DNA of 64,000 nt from Octopus sinensis (taxonomy: Eukaryota). The position numbers and the translations under genes were made by a program. The notes under the pieces are model-generated. The model was not told the DNA's origin and searched no databases. It worked only from the letters and a program-made list of their open reading frames with translations. Positions 40,897-54,370 of the stretch are shown in pieces. The number at the start of each line of letters is the position of its first letter. The first letter of the stretch is position 1. The stretch is from NCBI RefSeq assembly GCF_006345805.1, contig NC_043014.1, positions 52,576,001-52,640,000 on the forward strand, given 5' to 3'.

Positions 40897-41845
40897 ATAT
40901 AAACGTTCTAGGAAATGAATGCTTCCGTAAAAACATTGCCCACAGATGTAGCGTCTGAATTAAGGCAAAGGTATTTGCACATGTAAGTGCAACAAGCGAT
41001 TACTTCAAACATTGTTACGGTAATTAAGTTGCATCATTTCATAACATCGACAAAAAGCACACCCCGTCCCTCACCGATCTGATTAGGAGTTCCAGAGATA
41101 AGAAAATAAATTATGATATATTCTGGACGGTGGTCAGAAATGGATATCCAATTCAAGCAATCTTTGTTCTGAAGGGATACTGCGCAGTTTAATATGCAGA
41201 GGTGAACTTAATAACAGGCACTCTGAATTCGCCGTAAAATGTAACCACAGGATAAAATATTCTTCTAAGGAATTTGGAAAAATTGTTGAATATTGATCAT
41301 TCCATTAATTTGTTTGTTTAATTATACACGTGTAGGCATTTTATTCTGCAAACTCCTACTGGGTGTTTTTTTTTTTTGTTGTGAAATTTTGCAATAACTT
41401 ATACACCTATAGTGCTTATGTACCTGTATCGGTATTCATGTAGGGTACGTATATATAATGTTTCTATTTGCCTCTTATTAATTATATGTGTATAGGATTT
41501 TTGCCGTAAAATTGTCCACCGAATGATGCATGTATGTCCATATCTATATTCCTGTTGGAGTACGAATATCTAATACATGTCTATATACATAATCTAACCG
41601 CATGGGCGGTTTTGATATAAATACTATATGTTTGTGTGCGTGTGTGCGGTTACGTATTTATGTGTGAGTATATGTCAACGTAAATGAGTTTAGCTGGCTG
41701 AAACTTCGAAGTTAAGGTCATAACTATTCTTATTGAAGAACAATAAATTTGTTCTCCACTGAATGTATTGAGTAATTCTTCAATTTGATGTAAATTGTTT
41801 TTCTTATATCCTAAAAACAGACATTAATATCTGTATACATATATA

Positions 41846-42590
41846 CAGGATGTCCGTGCCAAATTTATCGATTGTTTATGCTTCCTTTTTTCGGGAACAG
41901 CTTGATGTATTGGTAAACAGTCAACAGAGCTGAAGAGCATATAGATTAAAGTTGTAGATGAGAAAAAGTTAGCTGACATGAAGAACTTAAACCCATATGA
42001 ATATTGGTAAAGAGCTACCTGTATCATGAGGATTCGCGCTGAGTATCAAAATGCTGACATCATGACAGCTTCTTAATGCTATGCTTTATGAACACTGTAA
42101 AGGTCTTAAGATGGACATGGAAAGCTACAACGAACACTAGGAAACCGTTGCCAGCAGGAATGGACACATCAGGCATTCAAACAACCGCGGGACAAAGCCT
42201 TAAGCTCGATGCAAACAATAATGTGATGTTGCTGGAGAGGGTTGCTCATATGTGTAGCAGCAGGATTTGATTCTTTGCCATACCTCAGCAAGGAGTCAGA
42301 AATGGTTGTCGGAGGATTTCTACGACTTTGCTAGCCCCAATTTCTTACCTCCTTATTCTTCCGATTGTAATTCCATGGATTATTACGTATGGGACATGGT
42401 TGAGACAGACACCAACCGTTTTGCCTGCAACGCCAAGGCCGAGCTGCTGGCCAAGATTTTGTGAAGTATTCGAACATCTTCCCATGAACACGGTGAAGAA
42501 TGCATGCACCAGGTTCATGAACCGTCTTGAGGTCGTGATGGAAGCTAAGGATGGCCACTTTGCGTCAACTGTTATCTTCCAGCCATAACT
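41846..42590 (+). mobile_element. Tc1/mariner DD37D (maT-type) transposon remnant
   Basis: TA-caggatgtcc start. LPPYSSDCNSMDYYVW..KAELLAKI..VKNACTRFMNRLEVVMEAKDGHF. Confidence 0.78.
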
Positions 42591-42651
42591 TAGATGACAG
42601 CCTTTTATTTATTTTTATTTTTGGGTGGGATATTATGTTTTCTCTTCCCTT

Positions 42652-43867
42652 TGCGATGGTATACTGAAAAGTTCATAAGCTAAGATATTCTCATGGAATG
42701 TAACCAAATGAGGTTTATTTGTCAACATAGACCTCCTTGTGGTCCACACACTTCTTCCGTTGCTTTAGCAGTGCTTGGATTTCATTGGTGAGGTTTTCGT
42801 CTTTTTGGTCAAAAAAGTCATCAACAGCAGTTATGACGTCAAGATTGCGATAATGGTTCCCAGCCGAGTGTTCTTTTAATCCTGGGGATCAGACAATAAG
42901 TCAGATGGGGGCCAAATCATGAGAATAGAGAGCGTAATCAACCAGTTCAAAGCTACAGTCACACACAGCAGTCATTGAAACCAAGGACTTGTGCGCTGTA
43001 GCATTGTTTTGATTAAGCAAGAACCTCTTCATCAGTTTAGCCTTGACGGCCTTTCGTAATTGACAAAGTAAGTTTGTATAGTACTATCCTTTGATGTAGT
43101 CATAAATATAACGCCTTTTGCATCCTAGGGCACTGATGCCGTCATCTCTTCAAATGAAACAACTTTGGCCTTCTTTAGAATAGGTGGGAAGGAGTGTTTC
43201 CACTGCATGGATTGTTTCTTTGTCTCTAACTCAAAGTGATGAACTCAACACTTAACCTGGTTTGGGAGACGTTCAAGGAAACCAGTTGGAACTGCCCCCC
43301 CCCCAAAATGTCAGATTTTCCTGCAATACGATCAGCATGGTGCGTATTCGATCAGATGTCAGAAGATGTGGCACCCACAGAGCAGAAACCTTCGTCATAC
43401 CAAGTTCATTGTACAAAATATGCTCAACCCTCTCTCGGGATATTCTGGTAGCATTGGCATATAGTGAATCGCTTGTCACCCATAACCATGTGCTGAACCA
43501 ATCAATGCTTTCCTCGGTAGTTGCAGGACGTCCAGACATTGAACCATTTTCAAAACTTCCCCTCTTATATCTAGCTGCCCACTTTTGCCTTGTTGATAAA
43601 GCTGGAAAGAAATCCGCTCATGTAGAAACCATGTCAGCATGAATGTACTTGGGGTCAGATCCTTTTTCTGAAAGTACTTGGTAACACCATGATGCCAAAT
43701 TTTGTCCATTTTCAAGAGAAGTCGCTTCTAGTTACTTTTGTCAGTTTACCTTGACAGAAACAATGGAGTTATTAATAAGAAGAGTTGAAATTCATGCATG
43801 CCAGATTTCGCAGTTTTAACATTATTCGTTCATAGTTAGCCTCTAAACTATTTAGCCCACCCTCGTA
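42652..43867 (-). mobile_element. Degenerate near full-length mariner transposon
   Basis: Diverged TIRs (tacgagggtgggctaaatagttt / tgcgatggtatactgaaaagttc). WVPHLLT, NQNNATAH and YSHDLAPSD motifs. Confidence 0.85.
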
Positions 43868-43994
43868 TGCAAACTATCAAATTTAACCCGAACACTGTAT
43901 GCTTATACATATATACAATATATACATGCACAAATGCTCGCGTGTGAAACATGTACACACGCAAGTACATACACACAAACATGCACATACTAAT

Positions 43995-44039
<45 letters not shown>

Positions 44040-44101
44040 TACATATGCCCATGTTTATATTATATGCATGTTTATCTTTCAGTGTGTATTTTATTTTTCA
44101 G

Positions 44102-44289
44102 TTATGTGTTCTTGAAAACTACCGGAACAATCCCTTCCACAACTTCCGCCATTGCTTCTGTGTGGCTCAAATGATGTACGGGATGATACACTTATGTGGG
44201 TTATCCCAATATATGCCATTGGAAGATATCGGTATACTGCTGACAGCTGCCGTGTGTCATGATCTAGATCATCCGGGCTACAACAACAC
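44102..44289 (+). CDS. PDE9A: PDE9A-like catalytic exon ([23 protein letters not shown]...[11 protein letters not shown])
   Basis: Carries the class I PDE metal-binding motifs FHNFRH and HDLDHPG. ttttcag acceptor, gtaagt donor, 188 bp. Confidence 0.98.
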
Positions 44290-45314
44290 GTAAGTCGACG
44301 AGGCGATACTGTTAATGGTTTTGCGTGGATTTTCATATCAGGGAGTTTTCAAAACAAAATGGTGTTATGGTGGTGTCATGGCAATGTAGACATGAAACCA
44401 AGCTAGAAAGGTAAAACGGAAACTTCTTCTGTTGTGAGATGTTGTTTTTGTTGATTAACTTTAGGTTAACTGCGAACCAGCAGATCTATAACCAACGGCG
44501 TTCCTATCATGACAATCCCAGCCTTGGAAACTACATTTTTCAAAGCGCCCTGTCTTAAGAAATAATTTGAGAGAGAAAGGGGAAGAAAGAGAGGAGCCAG
44601 AGAAAGAGAGATTTTGTTGCTATATCGCGTGTGCTCAGTGACCACTTCAATATCCAATCCAAGATTTAGGAAAGTCACTTTGGAAAACGCCATCCTTCTA
44701 AAAGAACGAAAACCCACTGAAAGGTTGCATATTCTTTGCAAAGTTTTCCGGAAGCAATGATATTCTCATTCATACATTTTTCTTCAGCATATTTATCTTT
44801 GCTGTCCAGTACACCTCTATTCTTGTGTGGATATTGTTGCCTTCCAAATCAGACCAGACTGAACTGACCTATAGTCAAAATTCTTCCAGTCACATCCATT
44901 CAGTATTTTATTTGTACTTAGTGCAGTCAGCGCCACATTATCTAGCATTTTCTTTCTCAATGTCCGTCTTAAAAATAGGAAGGTAATCCCACATTGGTTT
45001 GAATGAGATTTGGACACTATATCTGCCGGGAAGATGTAAAGATTCTCGTATGCCTTTAGCTTGTATTCCATGTGTTTATGATGTTAGCAATCACGTAACT
45101 CCACAAAACTATCAGTGAGCAAAGGATTGTTGCATCGATCACGCTGCTAAGCAAACAAGATTATTCGAAACTGTCATTGCAATTGAACGAAGCATCCATC
45201 AGTTATGCAGTGCCCCCACTGTTTCCAGTGGACCTGTGACTATTCATTGTGCTTCCTTACAGCTGACTAGATTCTGATTTCATATCACAAACTGGTTTTA
45301 AAGACATCCTACCT

Positions 45315-45450
45315 GGCAGTGAATTAGCTGAATCGTTAGAGCATCACACAAAATATCCATGGTGTTTGTTCTGACTCTGATCTCTGAGTTTAAATTTCGC
45401 TGAGGCCAACTTTACCTTTCATCCTTTAGGAGTCGATAAAAAAAGTGTTA
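45315..45450 (+). mobile_element. SINE family B, diverged
   Basis: gagtttaaatttcgctgaggccaactttacctttcatcctttaggagtcgataaa. Confidence 0.6.
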
Positions 45451-45827
45451 ATTAAGAGGTGTGAACGGGACTGTGAGAAAGTCATACCAAATGAAACGTG
45501 GTGTTTGCACTCTTCTGACGGCTACTTAGTTGATATGTGTATAGGTGTGAGTGTGTGTGTGTGTGTGTGTCCAGTATAAAAAGCCGTCTAAATATCGTCC
45601 TAGCAACGGAGAAGTTTTGTCTCTCGTATTTACAGTCAGTCCGTAAAAGATGTTATCTCAGGACAAATACTATAGCAACTGGCCTATAATGTATATACAT
45701 ATTGTACAATATATAGATCTTTATATCTCTCTCTCTCTCTCTGTATATATATACACATACACACACACACACACAAACACACAAACACACAAACACACAT
45801 ATATATATATATATATACACACATACA

Positions 45828-45963
<136 letters not shown>

Positions 45964-46369
45964 GTGCGTGTGTGTTACCAGTACGACATACTTAACATAC
46001 TTGTGTTGTTAAACTGCCAGAAGCCGTGCTTTTTCATCCAAGAAAAATCCCTTTGTAGACGTATAGTTATAAAAACGCGATATACTTCAGAACTAAGCGA
46101 AGCGAAATCGCACCAGAGGTGATCACGAGAGTAGAAGATACGGTATTTCACTGTAGTTGCGGTTTATCAATGCTTCGCATTCGCGTTACCTCCGAGACGA
46201 CGACGAAATCGTCTATTTGAAATATTTTCAGATAGTGTATAAACTATTTGCTGATTTACACTAGAGCTTCGTAAGTAGAATAAATTCGGATTATGCAATA
46301 GAAGTAACTCTATAATAATTTCAAATTTTAGTACGAGAAGAGTGGTTTTTGAGGAATGGTGCAAGTCGA

Positions 46370-46495
46370 TTACGTTGACCCCAGTTCTTAACCTGTACTT
46401 ATTTTATAGACCGCGAAAGGATAAAAGGCAAAGTCAACTTCAGTGGAATTTGAAATCTGAACGTATAGACGGACTAAATGCCGCTAAACTGTTCT
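46370..46495 (-). mobile_element. SINE family B, diverged
   Basis: Reverse complement carries ttcaaattccactgaagttgactttgccttttatcctttcgcggtctataaaataagtac. Confidence 0.6.
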
Positions 46496-46829
46496 ATAAT
46501 GTAAATCATTTTCGTTCACCAAGCCTTGCTGCTTTACAACTAACTCATTTATTTCGGGGTCAAGAGACATAAATCTTGATAAATCAATTGCTCATTCGTT
46601 CCGCTTAACTTCGTTCCGTCGTTATTCACAACCCTCACAAACTGGATGACATTTTCGTATCTCCAATAACAGAGAGCTAATTTTTCCACACCTACCATCT
46701 CCGGAGGGCACCTGGTTTTAGATACCTGCCCCGTTATTTAATATCCGAAACCGATTGATAAGATCGGTTAATTTATTAATACTATATATTTAAATGTGTG
46801 TGTATTTTTGTATGTATGCATGCATGTAA

Positions 46830-46919
<90 letters not shown>

Positions 46920-47442
46920 TTTCAGTTCTTCAAAAGAGAGTTCATGTGCGTCGCTAACAAACCGACGAGACGTTTTGAGTTGAGAGTTCCCGGTTTCGTA
47001 AATATGTAGTTGAGTTGGTGTGTTAGATGAACTGCCGATGCACACAGCCAACTTTGTACATCTGTTCATCTAAAGTATCTTTCGAATGTCTAACAGACCT
47101 TCACTGTGCCACTAATAGATTGGATTTGGAGAATCCGCGCCAATTTCTTTTGCTCTTTCTTCGAAAAACAGTATTTCTAGGTTTTTGTGTGAATCTGTAG
47201 ATACAAATCCAGTGCACTTATGATAAGAACTTGTTGTTAGATTAATGTATGTATGTATGTATATGTGTATGTATGTATATATGTAGGTATGTATGTATGT
47301 ACGCGTATGTATAGACAGACAGGTAGACAGATAGACAAATAGATAGACAGACAGACAAACAGACAGTCAGCCAGACAGACAGACAGATAGATAGAAAATT
47401 GTTCCTTATTGTTATAATTTTACTTTTATATTAATTTCTCAG

Positions 47443-47599
47443 ATACCAAATAAATGCCCGTACAGTTCTAGCTATCCGATATAACGATATTTCCCCATTG
47501 GAGAACCATCATTGTGCTGTGGCGTTTCAGATACTTTCAAATCCTGAGTGTAATATCTTCGCCAATTGCGACAAGGAGAAGTTCAAACGCATCAGAGCG
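47443..47599 (+). CDS. PDE9A: PDE9A-like catalytic exon ([23 protein letters not shown]...KRIRA)
   Basis: LENHH motif. tttctcag acceptor, gtacgt donor, 157 bp. Confidence 0.97.
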
Positions 47600-47647
47600 G
47601 TACGTATATTTCGGCTGGTTTCGTATATCTTGCTCCAATACATACAT

Positions 47648-47717
<70 letters not shown>

Positions 47718-47793
47718 TCTTACCAAGCCTCCAAAAATTCATTACACACATTTTAACACTTACATGCATGCACGCACACATGTGGTAGATAAC

Positions 47794-47887
<94 letters not shown>

Positions 47888-47894
47888 TTAACAT

Positions 47895-48300
47895 AATGAG
47901 ATAAAAAAAAACAAGGTTGTAAATAGATTTCATAACATTTATCAAGAAAAGGTCTTACAGCTGTTTTGGGGTTATTTTATATATCCCTTCATCAGAGACG
48001 GTGCGAGAAAATATTTGAGTATTAATTATTGTATTGAAATACAGAGGGAAGTAAGTGAATGAATATAGAACTGAGATACATAAGGATATTGTATTTGCAG
48101 TTCCATTATTGAAGTAGAATGGTGTATATAAATGGTGAAAATTTATTTTTTGGTGAAGAAATTTTCTTGTACCTGGTGCGTGAGTTCCAATCGTGGTTAT
48201 ATTTGGTCTTTCCAAGCATAGAGCATTGTAAACAGTGTTGGTCGATCGAGAGGTTTTTTGGTTTTTTTTTTGGTGTAATTTCAATTGTGTTGGTAGTGTT
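47895..48300 (-). mobile_element. Penelope-like 3' end with hammerhead motif at 47951-48001 (G12 mutated)
   Basis: GIY-YIG-like NTVYNALC remnant. cgtct-CTGATGA-agggatat..cccc-aAAA-cagctg-TA-agacc. The flank is homologous to 57062-57150. Confidence 0.7.
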
Positions 48301-48632
48301 AATGGATAGAGGCGGGAGAGATGTGTATGATTAGAAAAAGGAGATAGATCAAGTCAAAAACAGGAAGAGAGAATGGGAGGAAAAAAAGAAGAAGCAAAAG
48401 GGAGTGGAACAAAAAGAAATGAAGAGAGGGAACGAAATGAGAGAGAGTGTGTTAACTAGTGGTCAGAATAAAGTGATAGGAAGAAGAGAGAGGTGAGGGG
48501 GAGTGTTAACTAGTGGTCAGAATAAAGTGATAGGAGGAAGGGAGAGGTGGTGGTGGTGGTGGTGGTGGTGGTGGTGTCGAATACTAATTCCGGACAATTA
48601 ATGGCTGACTTCAAAGAAATTTCCATTTTCAG

Positions 48633-48746
48633 GGTATAACGATGTTGATTCTAGCGACTGATATGGCGAGACATGCTGAGATTATGGACAAATTTAATTC
48701 AATAGTTTCTGATTTCAACTTCGAAAACAAGGATCACTTGAATACG
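48633..48746 (+). CDS. PDE9A: PDE9A-like catalytic exon (GITMLILATDMARHAEIMDKF...DHLNT)
   Basis: ILATDM motif. ttttcag acceptor, gtaaag donor, 114 bp. Confidence 0.97.
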
Positions 48747-49315
48747 GTAAAGTCTCCAATAGTCTAGCTTCACTTTCACTTGGCTTCTTTCTCTCTTTCT
48801 CTCCTTCTTTCTTTCTTCCTTTCTGCCTTTCTGCCTTTCTTTCTTTCTCTTTTGCATTTTAACAGTCGTTGTAGATGGTGGTAGTGATGATGGTGGGGAT
48901 GGCAGTGGCAGCGATCCTGACATTGGTGATGAGGTGGTGGTGGTGGTGGTGGTGGTGGTGGTGGTAGCAGTAGAAGTAGGGATGTTAGTGTTACTGTTGT
49001 TGTTGGTGGTGATGGTGATGGTGGAAATGGTGATGGTGGTGGTAGTAGAGGTGGTGGTGGCATTAGGTTTGGTGATGGTGGTGTTGGTGGTGAAGGTGCT
49101 AGTGGTAGTGGGGTGTTGGTGATGGTCATAGTGTTAACTGTGATGGTAAAGATGATGATGATGGTGATGACGATGTGGTGATAATGGGTGGTGATGATGG
49201 GTGTTGATAATGAGGGTGGTGATGATGGGTGGGGAAGATAGGTGGGGATGGTGACAATAGTAGCGATGACGACGACGATGATGATGATGTTGTTATGATA
49301 TCGATGTCGTTCCAG

Positions 49316-49549
49316 CTGAAGATGGTGCTCATCAAGTGTTGCGACATCTCCAACGAAGTGCGTCCAATGGAAGTGTCCGAGCCGTGGGTTGACTGTCTCC
49401 TGGAGGAGTACTTTAACCAGGCTGACCGGGAGAAGCTAGAAGGACTACCAGTGGCACCGTTCATGGACCGAGACAAGGTCACTAAACCTTCGGCTCAGAT
49501 CGGCTTCATTAAGTTTGTCCTCTTACCCATGTTCCAGAGTGTAGCTAAG
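49316..49549 (+). CDS. PDE9A: PDE9A-like catalytic exon ([17 protein letters not shown]...[20 protein letters not shown])
   Basis: [11 protein letters not shown] and AQIGF (invariant Gln) are PDE9-diagnostic. ttccag acceptor, gtaagt donor, 234 bp. Confidence 0.98.
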
Positions 49550-50808
49550 GTAAGTTGTTGTTGTGTTGTTGCTAGTGGTGACGGTGGTGGTATGGTTGGA
49601 GTAAGGTTGTTGGTGTAAACGGCGAGAGTGGTGGTGGTGGTGGTGGTGATTAGTATTTTTGTTGTTGCTGTTGTTGTAAGAAGTGGTGTAGTGTAAGCAG
49701 CGGAAGTGATGCTAATGATAGTTTGAGTCATTTGATGAACGGTTAAAGATGGTTTTACCCATATTTATTTCCCTTTCTTTACTTTCATTGATTTTTTTTT
49801 GTCCCCTGGAATCATATAACTAATATTAATTTAATCCTTCGAGGCCTACCTTCCTTGGCGTTATTTGATCTTGTGTCTGGGATCCTGAGCCATTTGTGCC
49901 CAGCTCTGGCAGGGATTAGAAGCAAGACTTTAATAATGAGGTTTTCCCAGAGTTATCATCCAGTAATATATTTACAAACTCAATGGTCTTAGACTGACCA
50001 TTTATGCTATCTGGAATGTTTCTGGGCCCTCAATTTGAAGCATTAAATCGGCATGTGCCAATGGTTTTGGCATTGTTTTGTAGTGCCACGACCCCTTTTT
50101 GCACCGCTCGAATCATTATCTGAATCATTTCTGCTGCAGCTGCCTTCATTTCCTTCACCGTCCGTCATCATCAGAAACATCTGGCTAATCCACATCATTT
50201 TAGGCGTCCAATTCATTAAATTCATCTAAAATGCTAAGCACTTGGCTGAGAGTGTATAGCTTCTGACTCTTGCATTTTGATCCTGACTAACCCGGCTCAT
50301 TTTCACACACTAGAAATATATCGTCAAAACAATCCGACTGGGCGCAGACATATTGCCTTACTTTGGGATGTGGCAGATGTTCCCATTGGTCGATCAAAAC
50401 AGGGTCAAGACTTGCAGAATCAAACACATGCTGCACCCAATAACCCTGTACCAGTAAAGCGGTGCAGGGTTACTGAATGTACGCATTGCATTGCAACTAT
50501 ATCGGTGTTACGGGCTGAATAATGAATGGTTTCAAATTTATTTCGGAGGATGAATAATTGTTTCGAATTTATGTTAGAAAATAAACAAATTCAAAATAGA
50601 ATATAAACATGATAAATTTTAAAATCCTAAATTTTAAATTCTATTTTAATTCTTTTTAAGAAAATTTTAAATTCAAAAACTTTTATTGGAAAGAAATATT
50701 ACAATTATTCTTTAAATTTTTAAATCTAAAAAAGACTCTTGGATGGAAAAATGGCAGAACGGTGAACTCGAACCATCTATGTAGAGCAACCGGACATTCG
50801 CGATGCAA

Positions 50809-50859
<51 letters not shown>

Positions 50860-50866
<7 letters not shown>

Positions 50867-51000
50867 TGACTGTGGTTTGCTTCCGATCCACATAATTCCG
50901 AGTTCAGTTCCACTGCGTGATACCTTTGGCAAACGTCTGCTACTATACTCTCGGACTGCGAAAACTCTTGCGAGTAGACGGAACTGAAAGAATCTCGTCG
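50860..51000 (+). mobile_element. SINE family A head, sense orientation, diverged
   Basis: gagttcagttccactgcgtgatacctttggcaaacgtctgctactat..gtagacggaactgaaagaatctcgtcg(tatg)n. Confidence 0.7.
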
Positions 51001-51478
51001 TATGTATGCATGTATGTATGTATGTATGTATTTGTATGTATGTATGTATGTATGTATGTATGTATGTATGTATGTATGTATGTATTCATGTATGTATGTA
51101 TGTATGTATGCATGTATGTATGTATGCTTATACGTTGTGTTGTGCGAAGCAGCGTTAAATAAAACATATCCATATGAAATCGTAATTTCATATTCAACAC
51201 GTTCGATTACACTCGGACATGAGAAGACCGTCAGGTGCAAAGATAATCCCCGAGTCAGCTCCAAGATATGTGTGAAAACATAAGTTAGGCTGTGAATTAC
51301 GTCACACATGTCGAAGAAAATTTGCTCTCCACAGTGGAAGGTCTTCTCACGTCCGAGTGCAATTGAACGTATTGAGATGTCTTTACGTGTGTGCGCGCGC
51401 GCGTATTGATTCGAAATCAGATTTTGAATTAAAATAAACACTTTATAAAATGATTTTTTACAATTTTTATTTTCACAG

Positions 51479-51572
51479 CTTTTTCCTAAAATTGAATCGT
51501 CCATGGTAGTACAGTTACAGGGAGCACTAGAACGGTACGAGGAGATGAAATTACACGATGATGCTCGTAAAA
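51479..51572 (+). CDS. PDE9A: PDE9A-like exon (LFPKIESSMVVQLQGALERYEEMKLHDDARK)
   Basis: ttttcacag acceptor, gtaagt donor, 94 bp. Matches [31 protein letters not shown]. Confidence 0.93.
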
Positions 51573-52224
51573 GTAAGTGTCACAACAGAAGGGCAACACA
51601 TTGATGTAAACTAAATCGACTTTTCGAAGTATATTGCATATTAAACTGCCTCGACAAAATGAGTCGATAAAATAAGTACCAGGCAGAAATATATACTAGG
51701 ACCATATGATCGATCCTTGAAATCGGTGCTCCAGTTTGGTCGCAACCAAATTAGTATTTACAGTGAAAGAGTATAAGAAGGTTTACGCCAGCGACATTCA
51801 GTAAGAATTTATGTGAAAGACAGAAAATCGTTGGAAAAGATATAAGATTGTGGCGCAGAGGTCCTCTTCATAACAATGTGATTTTGAGTTCGAACCCACA
51901 GATAACACCTTAGGAGAGTTTCTTCTATGATCTTGTGTCAACCAAAGCCCTGCATCTAGAATTTAGAGGACGGAAACTGTGTGGAAATACATCGGGCTGA
52001 CTGTTGTTGCTCATGGGATTTTGGTTCGTTTATTGTCCATGTGTTACATTAGAATCCATTTGTCGCACTAGAATTACTTCTTCCTATTCTTTCCCGTTAT
52101 ATAAGCGTGTAAGTGCGTGTATTTGTATGTGTGTGTATCAACCGTGTGTATAAACGTAAACAAATATTTGGTATTTTATCTGAAGCGTCGAAATGTGTAT
52201 TGTACGATACAAATACGATGATAG

Positions 52225-52361
52225 AACGTAGAGCTGCCGTTAGGACAGCGGAAATTCTGGGAAAATTACCCTTAAAAGGCGAAAAAACTTGTCAACAATG
52301 ATTCCGCCTTTTAAGGGTAATTTTCCCAGTATTTTCGCTGTTCTAACGGCAGCTCTACGTT
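52225..52361. mobile_element. MITE-like hairpin element, arms about 56 bp
   Basis: aacgtagagctgccgttag..ttacccttaaaaggcg / cgccttttaagggtaa..ctaacggcagctctacgtt. Confidence 0.7.
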
Positions 52362-53339
52362 TGAAAAAATATAATCTTCTTATTTGTATTATAGATGTGT
52401 GTGTGTGTGTAGAGAGAGAGAGGGGGGTGAGGAGAGAGATATGGAGAAGTTAATAATAGCTCAGTCGAAGACTGATACTGAGATGCAGAAGCGGCGAGGA
52501 GTGGGGAGTTATCTGCAGAGTGAGAAAGTCTTCGCTTGCATCAGAGCCAACTTCTCAAAATGCAAATACGGGTGGCGGGGCAGCTAGTATTGTGAGAGTG
52601 GGTATAGCGTTTTAACTCTAGCATGGTTTTACGGTTAAGAATGTGTATGCAGGTACGTGTGTTTGTGCTTGTGTGTGCGTGCGTGCGAGCTAGCGTGGCT
52701 GAGTGCATATTCTCTGTTTTGATACATGAGCGCAGAATGCCAGCAACAAATCACTGTTAATACAAACGGTGTCGTTTTGTTTGCAATCCTTCACGAACGC
52801 ACGTCTAAGCTGTTCGGGTTCGATAGAACAAGGGGAAACTTGTGGAAGATATCCTTTAGTTGGTAGAGCATCCGTCTTCCAAACTCTTCGACCAAAACCG
52901 TTCCAACATGAAAAATAGGCGTTAAACGAACCCAGAAACTAAAAACAATAGCAGTCTATCCGCTATATTTCCACACAGTTCCCGTCAATCAGATTCCATT
53001 AACGGGGCTGATACAAGACTATCGCAGAAGACACTTTCCATGGTACCATGCTGGGGTCTAAAGTTTCAAGATGCAAAACAAACAAATGTTTCGCTGGTGT
53101 TGATATATATAATCAAAATAATATTTCCTGTTGCTGTTGATGACATAATCCCATTTATTTAGTAAATTGTTGATCCCTTTGTAGTAAAATTCTTCAGGTT
53201 TCGAAGCAGAAGAGTGCCCGGAATAATTTTTAGCCTCTGCACAAGAAATAAACTGTTTTCTCTATAAATAATTTTGCAATGATCTGAAATGGAGCAAGGT
53301 CAGGAGAATAAAGAGGATAAGGCAAATCTTCCGCTTTTA

Positions 53340-53900
53340 GTACCATAATCTTTTACTGAGTGTCTTGATCGATGATAGCTGCTCTGACATTACCATATAA
53401 GGGTAACGTCCTTTTATGTTTTCTTGTTTTTGCAAATTTTTGTGTAACGCTTCCAACTGACGACAACACTGCTCTGTTTCGTTTTGGTTTAACACTGATA
53501 GATAACACCCTACACATCCCACCAAACAGAGAGCAAAACTTTTCTTGGAGATGTATTCTCTTTTCTTATTGGGTGCTAATCATTGTCATTTTCGTTGAAT
53601 GTGGTTATAGAGAACGTACTTTCCATCACTTGCGATAATTCTACTCCGGAAAGGTTCGGTAGCAAGCCTATTCTTCATTGAGTAAAGGGCAACTTTTTGA
53701 GCTAAAAAGCAATCAGATGATGTGGGACCCAAAGACCAAGCTTAGAACACTTTTCCTAGATCATGAATGTATTTTATGATCGAATTGTCAATTGAACTAT
53801 TTTGCTAATCCTCGTGCAGTTTGCTTGCATTTTTCTCCACAACGATTTTCAGAAGTTCAGTATTGACAGAACTTGGTCATTCAGATCGATTCCTTATTCG
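53340..53900 (-). mobile_element. Mariner transposase remnant
   Basis: PFRSRIIASDGKYVLY (equivalent to RIVTGDEKW) and PRKVLLSVWWDV*GVIY. Confidence 0.8.
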
Positions 53901-54079
53901 TGGAAGTCAGCAATATTCAATCAGTATTGTTGTATATGCATGATACTGCCATACTGATGAGAAGTGTCGTTGAAGCAAAACGCATTGAGCGTGGTCGATA
54001 ATGTTTATTTAATTTGAGGGAGAAAGGCAGGATAAGTGACCTTTGCAGGTCATTCGATCCTTCTGGACGTGGGGAAATC

Positions 54080-54370
54080 GAGCTATTTTCAGGCCGGTTT
54101 TTTGGCTCCAGTTACATACAACAGAATGGAAGGGTCTCTAAGGGTCCTTAACAGCTAGCTGGAGATGTAAAACCGTATAAGGATTAGGTTCACCGTTTGT
54201 GTAGTAGGATGGACTTTTCTGCAGTTTCTCTCAACCCACTTTCACCGACCGATAAGACTTCAATTAATCCCTTGGCTACAGTAGATAATACTTGCTTATG
54301 GTGTAAAGCATCATGACAGAGCATGGAACCAAGTGATTGGGAATGTAACTTCTAAACCATACAGCCGTAT
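54080..54370 (-). mobile_element. SINE family A, highly diverged
   Basis: tagaagataatacttgc.., ggaaccaagtgattgggaatgtaacttctaaaccatacagcc. Confidence 0.5.

Noticed and set aside
49229-49618. 129-aa ORF as a complete gene
   Set aside because: Only 49316-49549 is exon; the flanks are GAT and GGT repeats read through in frame.
49831-50700. piggyBac-like remnant (ttaa-tccttcgagg start, acidic minus-strand peptide)
   Set aside because: No catalytic motifs or matching second TIR could be found, so it is too weak to call.
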